Source: Mytilus edulis (taxonomy: Eukaryota). From it: a stretch of 64,000 bases of DNA. Made by a program: the position numbers and the translations under genes. The stretch spans positions 5,766,001 to 5,830,000 of the forward strand of contig NC_092346.1 of assembly GCF_963676685.1 (NCBI RefSeq), written 5' to 3'. This document shows, piece after piece, positions 48,164 to 59,812 of the stretch (its first letter is position 1; the number at the start of each line of letters is the position of its first letter). A model generated the notes under the pieces. That model searched no databases. It saw only the letters and a list, made by a program, of their open reading frames with translations, and was not told the origin of the DNA.

Positions 48164-49785
48164 AATGTCGCTTGGCACTAAACATCGTAGAGAAAATCAG
48201 GTGCTTAGGGAAGTGAAGCAGTTTCGTTCCATTTATAAGTTATTTTCAAATGAAAAACTCATATAATTATACAATAAACTTCAAGTTTTAAAATTGCCAG
48301 GATTATGGTGTTCTAATTAAGCCATTTTAAGAGGGTAGACCTTGGTTCAGGGAGATAACTCTTTAAATCAGTTATGTGTTTGTTAAAGTCAAGTTTCATC
48401 AATGAATTTTAAGCATTTACCTGAAACAGATTGGAAATAATCTATGTAACCTAGAAGCTTAGAATATATTTTTGAAAATGGTTGACACAAACGTACTGGT
48501 GATTTTAAGAGTTATTTCCCTTAACCTAGGTCTACCTCCTTAACCTCAATCATTTTTTTCAAACGGACATTTTATTTCACGTTGATCGTATTTAATCCAT
48601 AACCTTTCATATAAATATAGTACATAGAAACCAGGAATTATAAAAGTAGCAACTTATGTGATATTTGAGACATAACAGGATGTTCCTAAAGAATCATTCT
48701 TCTAGTTTGATCATACCTGCTGAAGGTTCTTCCAGAAACAGGAGAAATTAAAACGGAAATCATATCAGATTGTCTTGTTCTCATTATTATTAATTGATAC
48801 AGCGTCTGAGTATTAGAATATACTTAATAAACCTTGACAGACATTGTTTAGGCGAAATGAAGGAACCTTTGTGGAGATAAACTATTCATATTAATATTTT
48901 CATCGATAAAAACCTTTGAGAAATATATACAATGTTGAGCATAATTGTTTTATAGGTATTATATTGAAAAAGAAACATATTTCTTCATCATATTAAAAAA
49001 AAGGCGTAACAGAACCTTAGGTGCCACTAAAGTCAAAGATTAACAGTTAGTACTATGCATGATCAATACAAAAAAATTGAGATAAACAAACCAAACAAAA
49101 AACTAATTTGTATAGCTACATACCCATGATAACGACAAAATTGCACACTACACGCGTTTTTCTAAGGAATTTTCCAGATTCAGGGAAAATAAAACGCGCC
49201 AGTAATCATCGCAGATCGATCCTAGCAATATTGCATAATAAGATTGTGATGATAATTCCTTTTGAACGTTCGAACCGAATAGAAAACAACAGAGGGAAAC
49301 GCATGAACCAAGGAAAAATGATTGAGATCAGTTGCTCCTACAGAATACATTATAGATAGCAGTTTACCTATGACCAACTTGTCTCGAACTATGTATTTAT
49401 CACTAGTCATGAAAATAATGTCACGATAGACAATAGTAGTTAACCGATGATCAAAGTGTCTCGTAAGATGTATTTATAAGTCGTCATGAAAATAAGTAGT
49501 TTACCGATGCTCAAAGTGTCTCGTACTATGTATTTTAAGTCGTCATGAAAATAATGTCACGATAGACAACAGTAGTTTACCGATGATCAACTTGTCTCGT
49601 ACTATGCATTAATCACTCGTCATGAAAATAATGTCGCGGTAGACAATAGTAGTCTATCGATGCTCAATTTGTCTCCTAATATATATGTATTCGTCAGTCG
49701 TCATGAAAATAATGTCACGATAGACAATAGTAGTTTACCGATGTTCAACTTGTCTCGACCTATGTATTTATTACTCGTCATTCGT
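48164..49785 (+). repeat. Diverged local duplicate of 38822-38862 plus 42770-44930
   Basis: Collinear matches (ATATAGTACATAGAAACCAGGAA, GACATTGTTTAGGCGAAAT, GGGAAACGCATG.ACCAAGG) ending in the same 77-bp satellite (49355-49780). Confidence 0.85.
48331..48539. mobile_element. MITE with TTAA TSD confirmed by a paralogous empty site
   Basis: TTAA at 48327-48330 and 48540-48543; TIR GGTAGACCT.GGTT.AGGGA.ATAACTCT; the paralogue at 42905-42908 has a single TTAA. Confidence 0.85.
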
Positions 49786-52022
49786 CAAAGAAATAATACC
49801 ACGATAAGAAGTTGGACACACTCGGAATATTTACAGATGGATCAAACCGTTTTAAGGTCAACTTTCTTCGGAAGGGTAAACAAATTCTGCTTCACATGTG
49901 ACCCAACAAGTATCATCATCAGGTTCTATTGAACATAAACTTTAAGAAAGTCAAACAAATTAAATAATTAAAACATAGGGACACATTTTAAAATAAAACT
50001 TAAAGTACAATTAAATTGAATTATTTGCAGTTGTCAAGACCGAAGCATTGGTTTGTTGAGGAACCAAAAAAAGTTATATTACTGTAAAAAATAAGTTATT
50101 CCAACCCTACACATGAAAAATTTCGCTTACAAAAATATTCAACTAAATTCCAACAAGTATCAAATAACCACACACACATACAGTATAAAGTTACAGAATG
50201 TATTCGGTGTTTTAAAACAGGAAGGAATACGGAGCGGCATTGTTTTACCATAAGATATGTCTTAATACATAATCATAAAAACCACGTCAAAATTCATCAA
50301 AGATATATCTAATCCTTATAAGCTAATAATTGACTTTAGTTTTTTGAATGACGATTGTTTATTTTATTATTATATTTATTTCGAGATTACTAATTTTATG
50401 ACTTACTAAAAACTTTAAAGAAGAAAAATCTGTATAAGAATCATAGCTTTAGAAAATATATTACTAAAGCTTTCGGTAAAAAATATCTATTGAAATGATA
50501 ATAATACTTTCAGTTGAATGAAGGACAAAATCTCCATTACTCAAATTTTTCGTGTCAATATGAAACATAATTCCTTATTGTAATAGTAAGTCATAGTTAG
50601 AAAGAGGGATACAGCATTGAGGTAAATAAAATGCATAAATTAACGAAAAACAGAATGATGAAAAATTAAAAACAACAAAAATATCAACCCGACAACTGAA
50701 GTAACCGAATGTTTCTGCGACATAGTCATGGATTGATCAGACGTCTGATTGTCATTTTAACGACACTTGCACACTTTCCCAAGCCGTAAATTACATTAGT
50801 CGTATTTGGCACAACTTTTTTGGTGACAAAATATCGTCGATATATTTGAAAGTGAAATAAAAATTTGCCAAAAAAAATTTAAAAAATTACAAACTCCATC
50901 ACAAATTGGTTTGCCACTAGGGAATATCTGTTTCACAAATGACGATGGATACATTCAAACTTTCATAATCATAATCCAATCCTCATATCCTCCAATGTGA
51001 CATCACCGAATTAAACTTTTCGCTGAATGTGTTCTTACATGAGCAACGCCACATGTGAAACAGGATCTGCATTCCTTTTCGGAGTATCCGTGATCAACCC
51101 AAGGCGGGTTTCGTGTTGCTCAGTTATTAGTTATTTATGGTGTTTTTTTTGGTAAATTATCCGGTTTTATTTTTGCCATGGCTTTGTCAGATTTTTTACG
51201 ACGAATGAGTGATTTTATTGGCATAGTTATCAACTGCATTATTAACCTGAATTTTGTTTTTCAATATAAATAAATGCAACAGAAGTATACCGCTGTTCGA
51301 AATTCATTAATCGATTGAGAAAAAACAAATTCGGGTTACAATATTCAGGCCTTTGCCTTACAATTCTTTTCCCTTTTGTCACTAGCTTTCTTTGTTTTGG
51401 TTAGAGCAATTCTATTAAAAATCGTTTCGGTGGTTCAAAATAGTGGATACAATATTTTTGGTGAAGGGTTATGAAAAAAGGGATAGTTTCCTAGTTGAAG
51501 TAATAAATTATTTTTCTTCACAGATTTTGGTTAGAAAATATTACTTTAGATTTATATATAGCAGGGTCGTCAAGATGTTCCAATCAAGAACTTTCTCACG
51601 TTCTTACTATGAGTCTTTCTACGGTAAAAAAAAATGACCACCAGAAATATAGTCAATCAACAATGTCAATCAGGTGTGTATTTTAAACATTCCTAAAGAT
51701 CTTCCCCAAAATCGGTAATCATTATCCTTATAATTATGCCTTGATAGCAAGTCCTGTCAATTTTCAAAACCGTGCTCAATTAAAAGATCCACATCATCTT
51801 CTCTTTAAGAAGTACACCACTAATGCATGGCCCCATTGCTTTCTATGTTAAATTCCGCATTTTCAAGCAGACACAGCTCTTTCATTTTAAGTTCTGTCAG
51901 TCAATGACTCATATTTCAATGAGAATGTATGACAAACGTGATTATTTCGACTTTCCGATTGTTAATTTCTCATTTTCAACAGTAACACACACTCTGTTCC
52001 ATCGTATGGTGTTTTCACAATA

Positions 52023-52226
52023 TTTCAAATAAATTCAGGAATTATTGCGAGATTTTTATTATTTGCGAAAAATGCGACCGAGTTGTAAACGCAATAATTT
52101 AAACTCGCATTTTGAAATTTATTATTTGAATTAAACAGGATTTTTCTCAAAATCGTAAACGAGTTTAAGTCTAAAATGATAAAATCGCAATAATAAATGT
52201 ACGCAATAATTTCTGAATTTACAGTA
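52023..52226. mobile_element. MITE with TAAATTCAG.AATTATTGCG / CGCAATAATTTCTGAATTTACAGTA ends
   Basis: Inverted termini; interrupts a decayed Naiad-like RT fragment (MYDKRDYFDFPIVNF near 51925). Confidence 0.55.
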
Positions 52227-52719
52227 TTAAGTTAATACGTTATGTATGTGTATGTCTACACTATACGCGCTTCAGTCCTAGACAGATCAAAATGACCGTC
52301 ACAGATCAAAATTGGTTTACTGGTCTGTGGTCAGATAGAAATATATTGTTATCAGTATCATTAATACTATCCTGTCATCTTTCCTTCGTTAGCTAAGTTT
52401 AGTATAAAGTAAAATCACAAAAATACTAAACTCAGATGAAAATCTTATCGGAAAGTCCATAATCACATGGCAAAATCAAATGACAAAACACATAAAAAAC
52501 GAATGGACGAAAACTGTCATATTCCTGTCTTGGTACAGGCATTTTCAAATGTAGAATGTATGTTTCTTTGGCATAGATCAGTTCACGAAGAGCACATTAT
52601 GAAAAGTGAGACTACTACCAAGGAGAAGATGATTATCTCTCTGATGCGCATAAAAATCAATAACAGTTCTGGTATATCTTTGTTGTTAGCAAAACTGATA
52701 TAGTTGTCGACTTACTGGT

Positions 52720-53568
52720 TGCATTTTGAGTGTGAATTCACATTACTATAAGACGTGTCCCAAATTCATGTATTTGGTTTTGATGTTATATTTGTTATTC
52801 TCATAGGATTTGTCTAATGCTTAGTCCGCTTCTGTGTGTTACATTTTAATGTTGTGTCGTTGTTCTCCTCTTATATTTGATGCGTTTCCCTCAGTTTTAG
52901 TTTGTTACCCCGATTTTATTTTTTGTCCATGGATTTATGAGTTTTGAACAGCGGTATACTACTGTGCCTTTATTTGAAATGAGACCTGTGATAACATTTG
53001 ACAATTGCCATGTTTTTCCTTTAAAAATGTCCTGTACCAAGTCAAGAATATGGCCATTGTTATATCATAGTTTGTTTCTGTGTGTTACATTTTAACGTTG
53101 CGTCGTTTGTTTTCTCTTATTTTTGAGTGTAAGTTCACATTGCGATAAGACGTGTCACGGTACTTGTCCATCCCAAATTCATGTATTTGGTTTTGATGTT
53201 ATATTTCTTATTCCACGTGGGATTTTGTCTGATGCTTAGTCCGTTTCTGTGTGTGTTACATTGTAGTGTTGTGTCCTTGTTCTCCTCTTATATTTAATGC
53301 GTTTCCCTCAGTTTTAGTTTGTTACCCCGATTTTGTTTTTTTCCATGGATTTATGAGTTTGAACAGCGGTATACTACTATTGCCTTTATTTATATTATAG
53401 TTCGTTTCTGTGTGTGTCAAATTTTAATGTTGTGTTGTGTTTCTGTTGTGTCGTAGTTTTCCTCTTATATTTGATGTGTTTCCCTCAGGTTTAGTTTGTA
53501 ACTCAGATTTGTTTTTTCTCTATCGATTTATGAATTTCGAACAGCGGTATACTATTGTTGCCTTTGAT
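52720..53568 (+). repeat. Cluster of three SINE-like repeat copies ending GAACAGCGGTATACTACTGTTGCCTTTATT
   Basis: Copies end near 52975, 53390 and 53565; relatives at 55860-56070 (+) and 51265-51340 (-). Confidence 0.7.
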
Positions 53569-53942
53569 TTGCAAGTCGAATTTGTATTAGGAAATTTTTA
53601 AAAATAAAAACAAAAACCAGATGTTTTACACAGTTAGCGTACGGTTGTTATTGACCCAAATGCTGAAAATATGAACAAATGATACAAAACTATGGACTTG
53701 GCTACCTCAAGGCAGTGTTTTCCCAAGATGAGTTGTGTATTCCTTGCATAAGTTGAACATGCTTTTCTTTTAACTGTTCATAAATCGACAAATCAGATCA
53801 CACCCAGGTAAATACATTAACGACAACGGAACAACAGAAATCCTGTATCGCACCAAATACAAATCCTCCAGTGATATGAAAATGCTAAACAAAATATCGT
53901 AAAATAACTACAACAGTACATGACAGGAATAAAATATACATA

Positions 53943-55233
53943 CACATGGAAAAAAGTATTGCAACACCAAATTGAAATTCATATTAAAAAAACACTCTCT
54001 TTTTTTGGTGATATAATTTGTTGAAATAGAACTAGTTAAACATTATTTAAATATCACCTGAGTGTAATCAATAAATATCGACTCTATAAGTTCTTATCTG
54101 CACATGCATCTACTGTACTCGTAAACAATAAAACAGATGTTTTTATCCTCATTGTTTTCAACACTTTAAATAACCAAGTTTATAAAGTTATGTGATTGAC
54201 AGTTTGTAATTGGTCTTCCACAACTCATAACTGCAGCAAGATGGGAGATAATCAGCATGAGAGAAGCAGGTATGTCGCTCTGACAATTGCAAGTATTGTT
54301 GGTCACCACCATTCCACTTTAAGTCGTTTGAGAATAAAAATCAGGCAACAAACAATGTTAAAGACCTTCCGAGATCAAGAAGACCCCCTATAACATCTGC
54401 TAGGGAAAATCAAGCATAACGCAAGTATGTCAGAAGGAAGCTCATTGCAAACAAGACAATCCTAAAAAGAGAGTGATGACCACACAGGAGCTTTAAACAA
54501 AAACTGTTCGAGATCGACTCATCGCTACTGGTTATCGAGCGATAAGACCATTTCGGGGACCTTTGCCTACGAACAGACACATAGTTGCCCGTATCCAAGA
54601 TAGTGCAGAACTCGCCAAAGTTGGAAATTAGCATCGTGGAGGAAGATCCATTGTTCCAATGGAATTCGGTTTATCTTCCTTGATCCGATCGTAGCCCGAA
54701 TTTGAACCATATCGAGCATATATGGGACACTATTGTGCGTTTTAAGTGCACGAAAGGACACTCCAGTTCAAACACGTAATGAAATAAATAATACCCTTCG
54801 TCAAGCATGGGTGCTGCTACCTTAGCAACAAATTAGTCGACTTATGGCAGGAATCAGAAGACGTTAAGATTCGGTTATCCGTTTGAATGGAGGCTGCGCA
54901 CAAAGTACTAATTCTTTGGCGTATAACGATCACCCATGATGTGAACAATCATCTAAAAATTAATTTTGAAATGTCTGACATTGTAAAGTTCGACTACAGT
55001 AAAAGTTGTAAAACGATTTTTTGTACAAAAAACACTTCATTTTGTTATAAAAATTTTGGTTAGATAAATTTTTTTTATTTCATACATTTTTTTTATTCGT
55101 TTTAATGCCAATGTTATCATTAACTACGTTTCTATATTATTTTACAAATATTTTATCATATTCCATCCAAAATAAGAGGCTGATTTTTCAAGTTTTAAAA
55201 AACCAAGGTGTTGCAATACTTTTTTTCCATGTG
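53943..55233 (+). mobile_element. Tc1/mariner DNA transposon, decayed and internally deleted
   Basis: TA|CACATGGAAAAAAGTATTGCAACACC...GGTGTTGCAATACTTTTTTTCCATGTG|TA. Remnant transposase with HTH-like IASIVGHHHSTLSRL and Tc1 motif SPNLNHIEHIWD; multiple stops. Confidence 0.88.
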
Positions 55234-57284
55234 TATATAAATGCAAGAAAACTCAGGACATAGCAATACATAAATAAATAATAGTACATTACATCATATA
55301 AACCCAAGAATAACAAATATGCATCTTATATTTGATTACTCCTTGCCCTCCCAAAACTCTCCATATTTTGCTTCTTCTAAGATTCCCTGTTTAACAGAAT
55401 TTCAGAAAAGACAAGGCAACTAAAACGGAGTGACAAACGTCGGTTACGTACCACATGTTTGATATGATATTGTTTGACTGTTTAAAAATGAATCGATTGG
55501 ACGGAAATAAATATTTTGAAAACAAGTTATGATTTGAAGACAATAATGACAAACAAAGGTTAATAAATCAGCAGTATCGTCTGGGATAAACTAATGGTTT
55601 CGTTGGGATTAGAAATTCCGGCAGAACAAATAACATCCTTCATATTTGACATGGCGTTCACATCCATTGTTATTCGATAAACATCATGAATGTGAAGGAC
55701 TTGGATGGCAAACTTTCTCGTTCAGTCTTTACCATACAAATTTTAAAAGAAACCTTTTGATTATATAGCTTTAAAGTCACATGAACAAGATTCTGTATTC
55801 TTTTAAATAATAATCTTAAAATGCAATATTGAATTATTGCAAAGCCAAATGAGTTTGTACCTAGTCAGAAATATGGCAGTTGTTATCTAAAAGTTCGTTT
55901 TTATGTATGTTGCGTTGTTGTTTGTTTTTTGTTCCACTTCATTGTTCTGTTATTTCCTTGTATTGCTATAGATGATGTGTTTCACTTGGGTTTTATTTTG
56001 TTATCCGGATTTTTTTTCTCTCAATCGATTTATGACTTTGGAACAGCGGTTTACCACTGTTGACTTTATTTTTACAGGGGTAAATGTGGCTCTACATGAT
56101 ATATAAGGGTCCATGCGATTCCCTCCGTTTTTGTTTATTACTTTGATTTGTTTCTACCTTATCAATTGATGAGATTGAAACATCGGTAAGCTTTTGTCGC
56201 CTTAATCTATGTGTATTGATATACAGTTATGAACAATTATGGTCCTACATACTATACTTATATGTTGGCATTGTACAAAGATATGCTTTTGTTTATGACG
56301 TCTATACACTAAATTTGGTGAATGTGTACATAAATATTGATATTTTAGTCTTGGAGAAAAAAGATTATCTATAAGTTACAATGAGCATTGAACCAGCTTT
56401 CAGTGTCTGCAAGTTCTTTAGATTTGTCCGGTTTAAAAATGGTCTTTTAAGTACGGTATTTTTGTGATTTGTGTTAGTCTGCGTTTGAAACACTCTTTCT
56501 AACTGTTTCTGTACTCTGTTATTGTGTTATGCAGTCAAACTTCCGTTCAGTTTTGTGGAGGGCTGGGCGTTAATCGATATATTTAAATCCAAGTATTTTG
56601 GTATTTGGTTGATAGTGGTCACATTGGCAGTAACACAACCTCTCCTTATTCTGATATGTGTTAAAAACATAAAATAAAATGTAATATAAAATAGCTATCA
56701 GGAAATACAGATCTGCTTCAAGTGAAATGGTGAACTATATGACAAATACTCTATATCAAAACAGTTTCTGCATTGGAGCAAGAACTATACTGATAATTCC
56801 TTAGTGTATTCAGTTCTTGTTTTTGTAGTTTTCTGAGTAGTGTTATTGGACTGTTATGTTTTGCTTTTCATTCTTTTCTTTCAGTAATGTTTTAGTCTAA
56901 TAATTTTTAGATTAGTTTATGTTTGCCATCTCAGTATGTTCGTCCATACATATTTTTTTAATGTAAAGATAAAAACTGTTCTATCATTAATATAATTTTT
57001 ATTGATTATATATATATTTATTGAGCATACATGTGCGAGACATTTATACAAATAAAAAAGCACATAAAGGGATAGAATAATTATTTTTTTGCCAATTACA
57101 AGAGATTCAAAACATCTTATCTAAGACATCGTTTTTTGTTCCATTGGTGTGTTCTGTTTATGATGTCGAATTCATATTATTTTTTAAAACATTAAAATTA
57201 ACTTGAAATTTAAGATTAAGAAAGTTAAAATTTCTGGTGATTTACAGAGATGTAAAACATATCATTTTCCAATCATAATAGTTC

Positions 57285-58225
57285 TTCGGAGGACGTGTTT
57301 TTCAACAGACTGTCGGCATCCCAATGGGAACAAACTGTGCCCCTCTACTTGCCGACTTGTTTCTTTATTATTATGCGGCTGACTTCATACAGGAACTTAA
57401 TAGGAAGAAAGATAAGAAGTTAGCAATATCCTTTAACTCTACTTTCCGCTATATAGATGACGTTCTTTCACTAAACAATTCAAAATTTGATGACTATGTG
57501 GAACGCATCTATCCCATCGAATTGGAGATAAAGGATACTACAGATACAGTTAAGTCGGCTTCATATCTTGACTTACATCTAGAAATTGACAATGAGGGTC
57601 GGTTGAAAACAAAACTTTACGACAAAAGAGATGATTTCAGCTTTCCAATTGTGAACTTTCCATTTCTAAGTAGCAACATTCCAGCAGCACCTGCATACGG
57701 GGTATATATCTCCCAATCGATACGATATTCCCGTGCTTTCATTTCCTATCATGATTTTCTTGATAGAGGGTTACTGCTCACAAGGAAGCTATTAAACCAA
57801 GAGTTCCAAATGGTGAAGATGAAATCATCCCTTCGTAAATTTTACGGACGCCATCACGAGTTGGTTGACCGTTATGGAATAACCGTTTCACAAATGATAT
57901 CGGATATGTTCCTTACGTCGTAACTACAATCCCCTTCCCTTTCATGAATGTGACCTACCGAATTAGACTATTTACCGGATTTGTAATCACATAAGCAACA
58001 CGACGGGTACCACATGTGGAGCAGGATCTGCTTACCCTTCCGGAGCACCTGAGATCACCCCTAGTTTTTGGTGGGGTTCGTGTTGTTTATTCTTTAGTTT
58101 TCTATGTTGTGTCATGTGTACTATTGTTTTTCTGTTTGTCTTTTTCATTTTTAGCCATGGCGTTGTCAGTTTGTTTTGGATTTATGAGTTTGACTGTCCC
58201 TTTGGTATCTTTCGTCCCTCTTTTA
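57285..58225 (+). mobile_element. 5'-truncated Penelope-like retroelement, Naiad-type (RT C-terminal half plus 3' non-coding end)
   Basis: FGGRVFQQTVGIPMGTNCAPLLADLFL...FRYIDDVLSLNN...YLDLHL...LYDKRDDFSFPIVNFP (ORF 57324-57923). The ORF stops after the thumb with no C-terminal GIY-YIG. Confidence 0.88.
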
Positions 58226-58747
58226 AACCCTTAGAATCTGACTGAGACAGCAGCTTACTGTGGAACATGGTCAGCTTATCCTTCCCACTCACAGTTTTTT
58301 TAATAGGATTCGTGTTGCTCAGTCTTTAATTTTCTATGTATTTTTTTTTATGTGTATGTGTGTTTTTTATTTTTTTGGCTATGGCGTCATCAGTTTATTT
58401 TTCAATTATGAGTTTGAATGTCCCTTTAATTTTGGTGTCGTACACCTCTCGAACACGAGTGGACTTAATTTTTGGTTGGGCTTCTTTTTCTCAGTATGTT
58501 TATGTTTTGCTTAAGTGAACATGTTTGTCTTTTCGTCTTTCCCTTTAATTTTTTCCCATAAAATTGTCAGTTTCACTTCGATTTAAGAGTTTTGAATGTC
58601 CTCCATGAAAATTATTTTGTTGTCCCCGAAAACAATGCCACAAACAACACCGTTGTTACGTGTAAATCACTTTACATAAACTTCTTATTAAATGTATAAG
58701 GTACATGTATTAACAATTCACTTCGAAACATAACATATACCCCCATG

Positions 58748-58898
58748 CAGGGGCGGATCCAGCCATTTAAAAAAGGGGGGGTTCCTAACCCAGGACAAAA
58801 GGGGGGGTTCCAATTACATGTCCCCATTCAAATGCATTGATCGTCCAAAAAAAAGGGGGGTTCCAACCCCCGGAACCCCCCCTCTGGATCCGCGCCTG
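58748..58898. mobile_element. 151-bp MITE with 6-bp TSD
   Basis: CCCATG|CAGGGGCGGATCCAG...CTGGATCCGCGCCTG|CCCATG. Confidence 0.8.
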
Positions 58899-59227
58899 CC
58901 CATGTAACTTATTAAAGAGGGAATCCAGGGTAGTTATAGGTCTGTTCTATATTCTTTTGTAGTTTCAACCAAGGACGAAGAACTCATATCTTCCGTCACC
59001 GTATTGGATACCTAAACTACATAAGTGTTCGTACAAACAACGGTTTATTGCTGGGCCTTCCAAATGCTCAATGATTATTTTTTTATGGGGCTAGTGTTGA
59101 TCAGTCTTTGATTTTCAATGTATTGTTTGTATTTTCGTTTTTGACTATGACGTCATCAGTTTATTTTTCAATTATGAGTTGGAATGTCCCTTTGGTATCT
59201 TTCACCTCTCTTTTTAATATCCTTTAA

Positions 59228-59812
59228 TCAAAACTTTACGACAAAAGAGATGATTTCAACTTTCCAATTGTGAACTCTTCATTTCTATGTAGCAACATTC
59301 CAACAGCTCTTGTATAAAGAGTATATATCTCCCAATTGATATGAAATTCCCTGGCTTGTATTTCCTATCATGATTTCCTTGATGGAGGGTTGCTGCAAGG
59401 ATGCTATCTAACCTAGATTTGCAAATGGTGAAATTGAAATTATTCCTTCATAAATGTTACGGACGCTATTACAATTAAGTTGGTTGACCATTATGTAATA
59501 TCTGTTTCACAGATGATAGCGGATAAGTTCCTAATGTCGTAACTACAATCCTAACCCCTTTTTATAAATGTGGCCAACCGAACTAGACTTGTTACTTGGT
59601 TTGTACTAACATGAACAACACGACGAGTGTAACATTTGGAGCAGGATCTGCCTACCAGAGCACATGGGATCTCCCCAGTGTTTGATGGATTTCCTGTTGC
59701 TTAGTCTTTAGTTTTCTATGTAATTGTTATTTTCCCTATTAAGCAGTGGTGTTGTCAGTTTTTTTCAACTTATGAGTTTGGATGTGAATCTGGTACCTTT
59801 CGCCCCTCTATT
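59228..59812 (+). mobile_element. Older, decayed second Naiad-like copy
   Basis: Collinear with 57610-58222 but with stops and indels; further 3'-end fragments at 58260-58440, 59090-59215 and 50900-51200. Confidence 0.8.
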
